From the human T2T-CHM13v2.0 reference genome, Homo sapiens: DNA of 64,000 bases. The notes under the pieces were generated by a model, which saw only the letters and a program-made list of their open reading frames with translations, had not been told where the DNA came from and did not search any database. Each line of letters opens with the position of its first letter. Position 1 is the stretch's first letter. Positions 1-16,145 of the stretch are shown one piece after another. The stretch lies in the NCBI RefSeq assembly GCF_009914755.1, contig NC_060925.1; one strand, given 5' to 3'. The position numbers were made by a program, and so were the translations under genes.

Positions 1-2060
<2,060 letters not shown>

Positions 2061-2082
2061 AAACAGACTAATACATAAAAAA

Positions 2083-3097
2083 AATAGTTGGGACTTAATT
2101 AAACTAAAGAGCTTCTACATAGCAAAAGGCACAGTCAGCAGAGTAAACAGACAACCCACAGAGTGGGAGAAAATCTTCACAATCTGTACATCTGACAAAG
2201 GACTAATATTCAGAATCTACAACAAACTCAAACAAATCAGTAAGGAAAAACAAACAATCCCATCAAAAAGTGGGCGAAGAACATGAATAGACAATTCTCA
2301 AAAGAAGATATACAGATGTCCAAAAAACATGAAAAAATGCTCAACATCACTAATGATCAGGGAAATGCAAATGAAAGCCACAGTGCGATACCATCTTACT
2401 CCTGCAAGACTGGCCATAATCAAAAAATCAAAAAACAGTAGATGTTGGCATGGATGCGGGTGATCAGGGAACACTTCCACACTGCTGGTGGGAATATAAA
2501 CTAGTACAGCCACTATGGAAAACCGTGTGAAGATTCCTTAAAGAATTAAAAGTAAAACTACCATTTGATCCAGCAATCCCACTACTGGGTATCTACCCAG
2601 AGGAAAAGAAATCATTATTCAAAAAAGATACTTGCACATGCATGTTTATAGCAGCACAAATCCCAATTACAAAATCGTGGAACCAACTCAAATGCTTATC
2701 AGTCAACGAGTGGATAAAGACACCATGGTATATATACAATGGAATACTACTCAGCCATAAAAAGGAATTAATTAATGGCATTTGCAGCGACCTGGATGAG
2801 ATTGGAGACTATTATTCTAAGTGAAGTAACTCGGAATGGAAAACCAAACATCGTATGTTCTCACTGATATGTGGGAGCTAAGCTATGAGGACGCAAAAGC
2901 ATAAGAATGATACAGTGGACTTTGGGGACTTGGAGGGAAGCGGGGCAAGGAATAAAAGACTACAAATAGGGTGCACTGTATACTGCTCGGGTGATGGGTG
3001 CAACAAAATCTCATAAATCACCACTAAAGAACTTACTCATGTAACCAAATACCACCTGTACCTCAATAAATTATGGAAACTAAAATAAAAATAAAAA
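2083..3097 (+). mobile_element. 5'-truncated older L1 (L1PB1-like) 3' end
   Basis: Degenerate ORF2 C-terminus, then 3' UTR 'gctaagctatgaggacgcaaaagcataagaatgatac...gtaaccaaataccacctgtacc' and an A-rich tail. Confidence 0.8.
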
Positions 3098-3572
3098 TGA
3101 AACCACAGTGGGATGCCACAGGACACTGATTAAAATGACAAAAATTACAGAGACCGCAAGTGTTGGTGATAAAGAGGAACTGTAACTCATATACATTGCT
3201 AGTAAAAATACAAAATGGTATAGACACTTCAGAAAATGTTTAGCAGCTTATTTTAAAGTGAAATATACACTTACTATATGACCCAGCTTTACTCATGAGA
3301 AGTGGAAACCTAGATCCACACAAAGACTTTGATGCAAATGTTCATAGTGGATTTATTAATAATAGCCCCAAACTGGATGGAACTCAAATGCCCTTCAGCT
3401 GATGAATGGATAAACAAATTGTGGTATATCAATATAATGGAATATTAGTCAACAACAAAAAAGGAAAGAACTATGTCCTACTGTGCTGAGTGAAAGAAAC
3501 CACACACAAAAGTCTACAAACAGTATTATATTATTGTGAAATCCTTGAAAAGGTGAAACTATGGTGACAGAA
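3098..3572 (+). mobile_element. Ancient L1M (L1MC/ME-like) 3' fragment
   Basis: Diverged L1 3' motifs: 'aagtgttggtga..gaggaactg', 'atgaatggataaacaaattgtggtatat', 'tgctgagtgaaagaaacc'. Confidence 0.65.
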
Positions 3573-5064
3573 GTTTGTGTGTATATGCTTTTTATAAAAA
3601 GCCAGAGGGAAGCAAAATGCATTGTGATTCTTACCCCATTTATGTATCATAGCAGAGGACCTGTACCTGTCTTAAAGATTTTTAACATGTGAACAATCAA
3701 AATGAACAATTTTCTTGTAATCACACAGTGAATGAGTGGATGTGAAAGTTGAATTTTTTGCCATTTTGGGTCAGTGAAATGTGACTATATCATACTAAGA
3801 CATTTTTTGCTGGTGATCCCAAATGGTATCTGGAAAACCTTCCAGAAAAATAGTTCTGAAAATGATGTCTGTAGTAGTCGCATCATTGGAATAAATGTAT
3901 AACCTCCTTGAGTTAGTATTTGAAGTATACAAGTGTTTTTTGAGATTTCCTTTTTTAAAAAGATAGTTTAGTTTTGCTTATGTCTTTTAAATCGCTCTTT
4001 TTTCTCGACCATCACTTTGGACATTCATTGGTAACAGCCAATAATATCTGATTTTCAGATAAAGAATCCAGGGAACCAGTCTAATGGCTGCAAAGCCTTC
4101 CTGAGTATTTGCCAGGACAAACAGCCCAGCAGTCCCACAGGCAGGAGTCCCAGAAAGAAAAAGAAATAATTTTCTCATAACCAAAACTGTCTGAAATGGA
4201 CATGGGCTATTTTGAGGAAAAAGTGAATTACCCTGGTTTAAATGGCAACTGCAGACCCCATTGGCAGGCACATACGAGAGAAGTTTTAAGCATCAGATGG
4301 GGTATTGGACTAATGCACGCATTCTGTGGACATGTAGCTGGAGCCAGGCTTCCCAAATGGGCTACAGCTGGAGCTATCCTGACCCTATCATGGAAAACTT
4401 CATCTAGCTTTGGATCTTGTGGGTATTAAGAAGATACACTTTCTGTGACACACCCTTGGAATCCAGATTTCAAGGATGGCAGTTCTTTAGCCTGTTGTTA
4501 AAGATGTATAGTGCATCCATACAGTTCTGAAAGATACCATTCTGTATGGGTTGAAAACAGTCCCAGAGATCATTTGCAATCAAGCATATGTGCGTATTTC
4601 TGTTTGGTTCAATGCCTCCCAATACCTTTTCCCAACTCATTCTGTTTCCTGGAAAATAATTGATGAATTTAATTTGCCCTCATTATTGGTTTAAGTGAAA
4701 ATGTTGTTAGATCTCAAAAGTTGAGAAACATATCTCAGGGTAAATGCTGAAAGACATGATTCTTTATCAGAAGCACCTTGTGGCTTAAAAATATATATCC
4801 AGGACTTAGAAGAGCTAACATCGTCTTCCAAATAGCCTGGCAGAAGAGTTTGAGAAAGCAGCTCCAGAAGGTGGAGTCTGGCAGAGTCTGGACTACTCTG
4901 TTCAAGACACACTCTTTAAAGAAGATTTATTTTATAGTTAAGCAGGGAAGGTGAAACTTATTTTTTGGACTGGGGCATGTCTATGCCTCCCTCCTTTCAA
5001 GTTGAGAGAGCATGAACACAGGTTCTATTCACTAAATTAATCCCTCTTGTAGTCCTTCCACTTA

Positions 5065-5600
5065 TTAGTTCAGCAGATATTTAATGAGCACCAGTGTACA
5101 TAGTGCTATGGGAGGTGCCTTGAGGAACACGAATACAAGGAAGTTACCAACCTGGGTCTGAGAGAACTCGAAATCCCAATTTGGACAGGCAAGATGGAAA
5201 AGTAAGCAGCCACAAGGCAGTGTCTGAGGCACGCCAGTTGAATGGATTGGAAAGTAGGGGCAGTGGAGGTTGAAGGAAAGAGAGCATATTTCATTTGAGC
5301 TGCTTAGGGGAAGAGTGGTTTCTGTGAGCCATACATTCCAAAGGAAGGAACGAGAGTGTTCTCTTTGGCAGAAATGTCAAGGAGAATGAGAGGCAATTAC
5401 ATTTGGTGATGAGGACATTGCTGCTGACCTTCAAGAGTAGGAATTTCAGGAGAGGATGGTATGGAAGCCAGATTGTAGTAAGTTGCCAGGACAGGTGCAT
5501 TGGAGAAAATGGAGTGGTGGTCATTCACTGGGACGTTTGATAGGGAATGGCAGGAAGTACAACAGAGTCAGTGAGAACTTTTTTGCCTCATAAGAAGTAA
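5065..5600 (-). mobile_element. L2 fragment
   Basis: 'ttcagcagatatttaatgagcacc..' matches the reverse complement of the L2 3' end, followed by purine-rich L2-like body. Confidence 0.5.
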
Positions 5601-5886
5601 ATTGTTATTTTGAAGGTAGAGGCAAATGATTATTGAAGGGGAGAGGTTAAACTTTTCTAAAAAAAAAAAATCATTAAATTGTAGAATCCCAGAAAGTATA
5701 ATGTTAATAAAGGAAAAAAAATAAGATAATTGTTAGCATTTTTGGTAAAGAAATGAACTGACATAAAATATATTTTTTGCATTTTAAATAAAAGCATTAC
5801 ATTAAGAAACTAAAATATTACTATTGATTAGTAATTCAAGTGAGAAGTTGAGGAGTAAAAGTAATTTCATATTTAGATTCTTGTTA

Positions 5887-6198
<312 letters not shown>

Positions 6199-6634
6199 GA
6201 ACATTAATGTCTTTGATCTTCTGATAGTAATTGAATGGCATTGTTCCTTATCTTCTCAATGAAACACCAGAGAATGCAAACTGCATATAAGAGCTTTTCT
6301 GGAGCTTACCTCTGTCTCATGTACTTATCAGGGCTTGTTGTGCAGACCACTGTTTTACGTCATTGATTATGTGAGTAAGAGGGAAGAAAGGAGAGTCAAG
6401 TTACACCCTTGGAAGATGAAACTTATAATTTCCATGAAGCTTACTTTATGACAGTACAGAAGTTTTCAGGGTACTCTGTCATTCAGGAGTGAGTGAAAGT
6501 TTATCACACTTAATGACACCACTATGTAAGTTTCCAAGGGTAGAGCCAAAACACTGAGAAAATAGATGCATGTGTTGTGTGATTACTAAACCTTCTGAAT
6601 GTGTATTTGGTTACACTATCTCTTTGCTCTTTGA

Positions 6635-6955
<321 letters not shown>

Positions 6956-8075
6956 TAGTTTGGGGCAGCAGTAATTCAGCAAGCAGTTTAGGGTGAGAGC
7001 TTGCCTTGGCAGACTGCTCTCTGCCTGCTCTGCTAGGAAAATGTCACTTTATGGTGGACTGAATTCCTTAGTGTAAGTTGTAAGAGAAGTACTCTATGCT
7101 AGGCATATTCTGTCACCCAAACAGTGCACAGATGCTATTATTATTTTGGTGAATTTTATTTATTCAGTCACCCATCCTGCATCACACATCACAGACATGG
7201 GGACAAGCTCCCTATTCTCACAGAGCCTACATTTTAACACAAAATACACACATTTTTAGAAGATAATTTCATATAGTAATAAGTGAATATCAGAGTTAAA
7301 CAGCAATTGTTAAAACTGGGTTCTTAATGAATAGGATATGTTTATATTGAAAAGAATAAATATCCAGCCTAAATTTCCCTTCATAAAATAAGTCTGAAAG
7401 CAAGAAACACACCCAAATTTGAAGGATGGGGGTGCAGCTGAGGCTTTGCAGAACTGCTTCTGTGGCCTGGGCAGGTATTCGCTCAGCCAGCTCTTTCTCA
7501 GTCTTTTAGAGGATCATTCCAAACAATCCTTCTCCTTCCCTTATCCATGCAAGAAGCTTCATGGTTCTTTCTGCCTGTTAATTTAAAATTATTTTTCCTA
7601 GTAAGAGAGCAGAGTGTCTGCAATTGGCTAGTAATTTCCTAGCTGGTCCTATAACCTACTTTACCTGGCTACTGGCTATAAAACTAGGATGATGATTTTG
7701 TCCACTCTGGGACAATTTTGAGAGCAAATGTGGGTATGAACTTTTCAGCTGGGATTACAGAGTGCTGTATCCCTCTACCCAAAACCATTAATTATCATTC
7801 TCTCTCCCTCCCTCCCTCTCTCCTTCCTATCTTTTTTATGCCTGCACTCCCCATAAAGGTGTTCTTGGTTTCCTGACAGTACACGCTTAGTCAATTTCTA
7901 TTTATATGATTGACCCGTTAATTGTTAATTAGTTAGTTGAGTTTAAATAAATGAGCAGCCTTTTCAGATCATAAAACCCTGGCAGTCTGTAGGAGATCTA
8001 AGGCATGAAAATCCATGAGAACTTTTAACTTAAAAATATTCAAATGCTCATTTCTATATCATCCTTTGTGGATCC

Positions 8076-8544
<469 letters not shown>

Positions 8545-8771
8545 TAGTAGAAAGAGGTGATGAACAGATGTCATTTAAGATCAGCTGACACAAATGTGAA
8601 CCTTGTCCCTTTTAGATAGTATTCCGTCAGGGCAGATGGACTCTTATCGAGGATTCATTTGCCTCCAGTGGGTCTGATTTTTTGTTCATCTGGATTTGTT
8701 GGAGGGTCTGCTAATGCCAGTGTGCCCCATTCCTGTCCCCATGAAAAAGTTAGTCAACTAATAAGTATGTA

Positions 8772-8940
8772 TGACACTTCTGCTGTGTGCTGGGCTCTAT
8801 GCCAAGCACTTTCTACATATCATCACATGCAGTCCTCATAGTAACCATAAGAGGAAGGCATTGTTGTTACCCCTGTATTAAATATGAGACATGCTACAGA
8901 GAGGTTAAATACCTTCCCCCAAGAACACACCTCCTGGAAA
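8772..8940 (-). mobile_element. MIR
   Basis: 'tgtgtgctgggctctatgccaagcactt...cagagaggttaaataccttccccaag' matches the MIR core reverse complement. Confidence 0.65.
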
Positions 8941-9555
8941 ATAACATTAGAGGAGAAATATGTCTCTCACTGTGTCTGTTAATATTTTTTTTTTGAAACT
9001 TTCTAACTTGTATAGTCAAAGAAAGGGAACCAGATTAAATGACAGCCCTAAAATCCTTCATCTTAAAATGCTCAGATTCTGTGAAAGAACCCAGGGGACC
9101 CCTACGCAAGTCTCTCCTTGGTTTGATTTGTGACTTTCCCCAGCCAAGACTTTTTGAAAGCAACTAGATTTGATGTGGGACTTGTGGACCTGTTCTGTAG
9201 ACAACTGTTCATTACTTAGGCAGGTCTCTGAAATGCCATTATAACCTTTTCATTTTCTGAGGTGCAGTACATTTCCCTTCTCAGAGTATCTCTCTCCATG
9301 TCTCATGATTAATTTTAGTTCACAAGACCCTTCTCCTAAAGGAGTCATGTAGGTCTGTGTTTTATTCTGCAAAATATAGGTACTGTTAGAGATATCTGAC
9401 TTTGGATAGCTATCCTACAACATTATAATACCCAGCACTGTGTCTCTGTTGCTTCCTACAAGGTTAGAAGAAGGGAAAGTGTGTGTTCCCCTTGTTTCAA
9501 CAACAGGCCCACAGTGCTGGACATATGTTTGAGTGTAGATGGCTAGAGATGAGAG

Positions 9556-9668
9556 ATTCTCCTCCTCCCTCTTCCTCCTCATCCCTGTCTTCTGCTCGGT
9601 TCTCTCCATCTCTCCCTTCTCCTCCCCCTTCTCCCTTTTCCACCTCCTTCTCCATCATCTCTTCACTT
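9556..9668. repeat. CT-rich low-complexity tract
   Basis: Nearly pure C/T run 'ttctcctcctccctcttcctcctc...'. Confidence 0.8.
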
Positions 9669-10491
9669 TGAAAAATCAGGAAAAAATTGTCTGAGGGGAA
9701 ATCCTAATTAGTAGTGGACCTACCCACGAAATTTGGAAGCCTAAACCAGAAGATCATAAAGCTTAGCAGGAATTCTAAAATGTTGATCAGCTCAGAAAAG
9801 CCCCAGAGAAACACCCTGGAAGCAACTGTTTTTCATGTTTTCTTTGAACCTCTTTGTGATGAAATGTTTCCGTTTTCCTGAGAATATGTTTTGGATCTCT
9901 GAAACAATTGCTTGTATCACCAGCCCTTAACCATGTTCAGTTTAGAAGTTTATAAGCCATATGTATGTCGTAGGGTTGGTTTTTTAAAAGAGTTTTTACA
10001 CCTTTAATCCCTGGAACTCTCAGTTACGGTCTTAAGGTATATAGGATGGTTTGGCCAATTCCAGGATTAAGAACTTTAAAGTTCATCATCAGCAAGTATT
10101 TTGGGATGCCTCTGTGCAAAGTGTGCTCACCTGGAATGGAAGCTGAACTACAAGATGTCCTGTCAGCTCTGGCCATATAGGCCTGCCTGCTCAGAGGCAG
10201 CCTGGCCTCTTCTCCTACAGTACCCACCCCGGACATGAAATTGCTGCTTCTAATATACAGACTAGTGCTGTCCTTTTATTTACTCACTCCCATCTCTACA
10301 TGCCTGAGGAATCATTCTCTGATTTCCCAGGATAATTCTTTATGTGGAAAGAAGTGGCTTATAGTGTTGTCTAGTGCGAGGTCATGAACTAGGTGGTAAA
10401 CATGACAGTTTTTCAGTCATGAGACTGCTTGTATTACATGCTAAGGAAACTAATTCTCTGGTTTATTTTCATTCCACTCCCGCCTCTGCAG

Positions 10492-10680
10492 AAATATGTG
10501 CAATGGTCTTTACCATTCATTGTCTTCGGAGCCACGGGTCTGACCTCCGGCCTCCTGAGTTTGTTATTGCCGGAGACCCTTAACAGTCCGCTGCTAGAAA
10601 CATTCTCCGACCTTCAGGTGTATTCGTATCGCAGGCTGGGAGAAGAAGCATTATCTTTACAGGCTTTGGACCCCCAACAG
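10492..10680 (+). CDS. SLC22A15: SLC22A15 penultimate coding exon: [63 protein letters not shown]
   Basis: Acceptor cctctgcAG at 10490-91, donor CAG|gtgtga at 10681. 189 nt, phase 0/0. TM12 followed by the SLC22 'LLPET' motif. Confidence 0.96.
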
Positions 10681-10990
10681 GTGTGATATTTTTCTTAATT
10701 ATTATACCGCTTGGATAGTGGCAGTTAATGAAAAAAAGAAGGTTTGCGTTAAATTAAATAGAACTGAGTAAAACTGCTGGAAAACAAAAGTGGGATCTAA
10801 CAGCAGCTGATTTTCAGAGAAATAAGGATGATCGATGATTCATTAGCTTTCCTAGAATATTTTAGGGGCTATTTCTTGGGGGAATGAATGTCATATAAAT
10901 ACATTTGTCAGTTGAATAGCTAGATGGTAGTTTCCATTTCAGAAATGTCATAACATCATTTCACTGCCCTTTTCTTCTTTCCTGTTTCAG

Positions 10991-11080
10991 TGTGTGGACA
11001 AGGAGAGCTCTTTAGGGAGTGAGAGTGAGGAAGAGGAAGAATTTTATGATGCAGATGAAGAGACTCAGATGATCAAGTGA
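10991..11080 (+). CDS. SLC22A15: SLC22A15 terminal coding exon: [29 protein letters not shown]
   Basis: Long polypyrimidine tract with tttcAG at 10989-90; 30 codons ending TGA at 11078-80. Matches the SLC22A15 C-terminus as I recall it. Not in the ORF track. Confidence 0.93.
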   Translation, partial: CVDKESSLGSESEEEEEFYDADEETQMIK

Positions 11081-13354
11081 AGAGCCCCAGATTCCCCCTA
11101 AGAAGCAAAGGATCGTCTTTTATGCCTCTGGCTAAGGCAGGTTCTTCCATGACTCCTAAGAGAGTTGTAAAAATAGAGGCTTGGCTTGAATGTACATAGA
11201 TGGTACCTGGCATGGACTGATGTTTTTAGGCACAGAAGTTGGAGAAGAGATTTCATGAAAGACAACATCACTGCATTGAGAGAATAGTTGTTAATTTGTT
11301 TAGAATTTAAGTTCTACTCAGAATCATAACATCTGGCAGAACAGCCCAAACCCACATTCCAAAGTGGTAGGCTCATTTGTTTCTAGAGATTTCATCATGT
11401 CGCTTTTCCTTCATCATGATCTAAATAAAGGCAGATATGTAAAATTTCTCACCATTTTGGTGGGGTAAGATAAGCTATTATTAAGATTTAATCCTTATAC
11501 CATGTTGGACATTTGCCCCTATCAGTTGCTCCTCAGGAATCTTCTGGTACAGGTTAACATCAGCATTTTCATTTTGTATCCAGGGAAAAGCACCCAGAGG
11601 TCATCTGTGTGTCCCGAGACCCTCCAGCTTTTTCTTAGCTGATGAAATATGAGTCCTCAGCTTGGTTCCCAGCCTGCTGATTGACTTGGGCTGCTGGTGC
11701 CTTGAGTCCCACAGATGATTCATTAGGAAAAGCCAGATGTACCAAAGCGGTTTACTCAGAGTCAGGGGTGTAGCTCTGGCTGCCTGTCAGCTCCCTTGGA
11801 TACTATATTGTATGATTTCTTCCTTTCCCACTAATATGCACATCCAGAAAAATTTCCATCTGAGATTCTAGTACTTCAAAATCATGCATAGTAAATGAGA
11901 AAGCTTTAAGTAGAGGGCAGTTAAACAGTGACATGTTGAGCACCTGGAGGAAAAAAAAAGGTGCAGTTTTTAATAAGAGAGAAAATGAAATTATCTTTGA
12001 TAAATTTTTGTTTGTTTTGCTTTCAGCATTGTGCCATGAGGGATTTGGACAATATTTAAGAACTTCTTGTCCTAGATCAGCCCCAATCTGTTTAATCAAA
12101 ATGGAAGGTTCAGTAATTTCATGGGAAACCTTGGTTTTTCATTAAGTGCTACCAACTTTCAAGTGAATCTTGTATTTGATTTCCTAAAATCATGTCTTGA
12201 AAACATGTTTTCTCATGAAACTTGAATACTATCTCAAATAGGAATATAAACCTGGAGTCAACAAGCTTAGGCAGCATTGATTTAGGTCACTTTCCCAGTG
12301 AGGAAAATTTCTGTGTTTTCAGAATTTCCATTTCTACTAACCTCTTGGAGAAAAAGAAATTGAATTAGAGGTAAATAGAAGACGTCACTGTGGCTGCTTC
12401 TGGAAGTGCTGGAAGCATCACCCCAATTGGCTCCAAATACTGTCATGTTTTCTTGCACACTGACTTCTGGTTTCCACTGTATCAGTATGTACCTTTGTAA
12501 TTGTTATTTTTATGTCTTTTATGCCCTTGATTATTAGTTGGGCTCTTCATAAACAGAGGCCATCTCTACTACTGTTTATTTTTCCCTGCTGTGCCCAGAA
12601 CATTGGCGTAGACACAGTAAGAACCTAGTAAATATTACTGTTTCTAGCCATCAGGGAGATTGTGGAACTCCTCCCAGTATAATTTTTACAAACTCCAAGC
12701 AAATCTGACCCAAACTCCCAAATTGTCAAGTCCTGCTTAACTTTCTCTGGAAAATAGACCCCTTCTCAACATCAGAATAGGAAGAGAGGAAGAACTTACA
12801 AAGACACTTAAAAGTTATTCTTAAATGGTGGTTGGGCATTTAAAACAGTGAACTAACATATATATAATTTTTGATTAGTTGGAGCTTTCTTTGTATTATG
12901 AGAGTAATATATCTCATTACAGAAAATTTGGAAACTATAAATTTAGAAACGTATCACCCATACGTCCAACATCGAAAGAAAACCAGTGTTATGACTTTGT
13001 TCCATTTGAAGACTAATTGGGAGTCCATCTCTCTATTGGCACTGGGTTCGATTGCCCCTGGCTAATAGAGTTCAATTAGTTCTATCCCTGGGTTTCCTTT
13101 CTTAGCTATGGGGTGGAAGATAGGAGGGGGAGATCTACAATTTGAATATGTGTTACTTAATAAGGCTAGGCTGGCCATCAGTTGCTTATTTCAGATGTGT
13201 CACTAAATTTTCCTTCTAGATGGTCCTTGAGCAAAACTTAATAATTACTGTTTTTTATTTCCACTGCCTTTATAAAATCAAAATTTTCTCCTTTTGATAA
13301 AAACTGTTGAATACTATTGATGTAGAGAATGTGTATATGTGTATATTTGCATTG

Positions 13355-13360
13355 ATTAAA
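13355..13360 (+). terminator. Candidate poly(A) signal ATTAAA
   Basis: Upstream TGTA motifs at ~13321-13343 and a GU-rich downstream element 'tgtattttggttgtgcggatggtttgt' at ~13390-13416. Confidence 0.55.
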
Positions 13361-14006
13361 TTATTGGAAAACTTTTCATTGACAGGTAATGTATTTTGGT
13401 TGTGCGGATGGTTTGTAAAAAGTATCCTGTTTTTTTAATTCTATTCAAAATTAAAAATTTTTTTTCCTAAAATAAAGCAAGAAAAATAAATGTAAGATAT
13501 ATAAGAAACCCCAGAGTTTCCAGGGTGAAAGTTCACATTAGCAGCTTGTCCAAAATATTTACACCTCACAAATATTTTGAAAGAAACCATGTTGAAATTT
13601 TCTGATTTTGTGAGTTACAACCACAGCCCAGTAAAACCAATACTTGTTATTTGGCTACTTTCAAGCAATGCAGATATTCTTTAGTATTTAAAAATGAGCA
13701 AATAAACAAAATGAGGCAAATAAATGAAGAAAATGAGTTTCTGAGACACTGTTTAGGTAACCATAAATCAGACAGATATTTTTATGGTGGGCAAATTGAT
13801 GAAGATACTTTTAGTAGGTGATTTATATTCATAACAAATACATATTGAAATAATTGTCACTACTGTATCAGAATTAAAAACCAGCTTCACATTAGGACTT
13901 CTCCATACAAATGCTTTATCATTGGTTCTTAAATTGGAAAAATATCTATAAATGATTACATTTTTAAGCTAAATAAAATGCAGATATTTTGGCTTCTTGT
14001 GAATGT

Positions 14007-14012
14007 AATAAA
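14007..14012 (+). terminator. Candidate distal poly(A) signal AATAAA
   Basis: AATAAA preceded by TGTA and by another AATAAA at 13972, followed by a U-rich tract at ~14032-14042. Confidence 0.6.
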
Positions 14013-14449
14013 GAATCATAAAACATAGACCTTTTTTTTGTTCTCCCAGAATGTCTCAAAATCTACAGTAGTAGCTTTGACAAGTTGGGCAAATGCAGAA
14101 CCTGCTAGTAAAGTTAAGTAATATGTGGGACAGGGGTTGTAGGAAAGTTGTAGACTGATGGACACAAAAGTTAACTATCAAAATACTTTTAGAATGAGGA
14201 ATATGCAAAGACAATGCATTGTGGAAAATCCATCAATGTAGTACATCAAAGGAGAAAGAGCTTATGATTACCTCAATAGAAAAATAAACATTATTTGATG
14301 AAATTCAACATCCATTCAAAATAAAAGCTATTAGCAGAGTAGGAATAAAAGGATGCTTCCTTAATAAAATAAGAGATACTATAGTAGATATGGTAAACTG
14401 GCACACAGCATCTCTTCACCTTCCTGGTACCTTGGCCTTCAGCCTTTTT

Positions 14450-14706
14450 TTTTTTATCATAACCCACAGTAAGAAATGCATTTTACATATTCATCGTGTC
14501 ATACTTCCCCACCTACAAATATATATGTATATATAAAATATCTATGAATCATAAAAATGTATATATTTTATGCAATAATACTTAATCTTGCTAGGCATAC
14601 TGATAACTTATGTTCTATTTCACTTTTCAAAATGCCATTTATAACTCAATAAATGGATATCATGACTCGCTAATAGGTTGCAACCCATAGTTTGAAATCC
14701 ACTGCT
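14450..14706. mobile_element. Non-autonomous hAT-Charlie-type DNA element, copy 1
   Basis: 'aacccacagtaagaaatgcattttacat...ggttgcaacccatagtttgaaatccactg'; homologous to 16146-16406. Confidence 0.55.
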
Positions 14707-15458
14707 CTACTCTATCTTCTTATACTACAGAAGCTTTAAAGCTAAAATGTACATTTTCTGAATTTCTTGCAGATAAGTTTACCCCTTGCAGCCAGGTGCA
14801 GTTTGGTTTCCTTCAATCAGATACAAATGGAGCTTGGAAGGTAGAAGCAAGGTGGAGGCCATACTTTTGATGAGTATGCTTTTTTCTGCTCAGATTCACA
14901 GTGCTGGAGCCATTTGGTTTCTCTGAGGCAGTATCAGCCAGAGATGTTGTCAGTTGGGCAATACTGATTAAAATCTTAACAAGATTTTTTAATAAACCTG
15001 GAATAATACTTCTGGTATTCAAATGGAAAAGCAAAGATCCAAAAATATTCAAGACAATTCTGATAAAGAAGAACAAACAGAAGGGACTTGACTTTCTAGA
15101 TATAAAAACTTATGAAGCTGTATTATTGGTCAGCAGTAGACAAATAGATCAATAGAACATAACAGATTTGTTAAAGATAGCATGACACATTAGAGGAAAA
15201 AGTGAACAATTATTGATACTAAATCTTCTCCCCATAATAAAAATAAATTCCAAATAGATTGAAGGCCTCAATGAAAACAGCAAAACTTTAAAACTATTTG
15301 AAAATTATAGAATATTCTTATGACCTTGGAGGATGGATAGATTTATCAGACAAGAACTGAAAATCATAAATTATTTTTTAATTGATATATTTGACTTGAT
15401 CTAAATTTAAAACTTGTTTCTGTATGACTGAACATGCTACAAAGTTAAAAGGAAAGCA

Positions 15459-15760
15459 GCCTGGGCGCAGTGGCTCATGCCTGTAATCCCAGCACTTTGG
15501 GAGACCAACATGGGCAAATCACCTGAGGTCAGGAGTTTGAGACCAGCCTGGCCAACGTGGTGAAACCCCATCTCTACTAAAAATACAAAAAAAAAGTTAG
15601 CCAGGTGTGGTGGCATGTACCTGTAATCCCAGCTACTCAAGAGGCTGTGGCCAGAGAATCGCTTCAACCCGGGAGGCGGAGGTTGCAGTGAGCCAAGATC
15701 ACACTGCTGCACTATAGCCTGGGCAACAAAGCAAGACTCCATCTTAAAAAAAAAAAAGAA
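15459..15760 (+). mobile_element. AluS (Sx/Sz-like)
   Basis: Full dimer with A tail; flanking repeat gaaagca. Confidence 0.95.
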
Positions 15761-16145
15761 AGCAATAGATTAGGGCAACATTTATAAGCAATAAGGATTA
15801 ATATCCAGACTATATAAAGATTTACTGCAAATCAGAGATAAAAGTAATAAAGTTTACAAAAACTGTGATTAGGCAATTCACGATTCACAGATGAAAAGAT
15901 GCTCAACCTCACTACAGGATCAGGGAAATGCAAACTGAAACCACATGAAGATATCTTTAAAAATCCATTAGATTGGGAAAATAAGAGAATATCAAATGTT
16001 AAAGCTATGAAGAAAAAGGAATTTAGTGACATCCTGATAGAAGCATAAATTTATTCATCAACTAGGTTGTCATTAGCAAGTAAGGCTGAAAATGTACATA
16101 GTCTAGGATTCAGAAATTCTGCTTCTATGTATGTATCATGAAAGA

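Larger units (their letters stand above)
11081..14030 (+). other. SLC22A15: SLC22A15 3' UTR, up to ~2.9 kb; distal end inferred
   Basis: Largely repeat-free AT-rich sequence after the stop codon with clustered poly(A) hexamers; repeat-dense DNA resumes at ~14150. Confidence 0.7.

Noticed and set aside
10573-10596. ETLNSPLL as an acidic dileucine sorting motif
   Set aside because: Spacing does not fit [DE]xxxL[LI].
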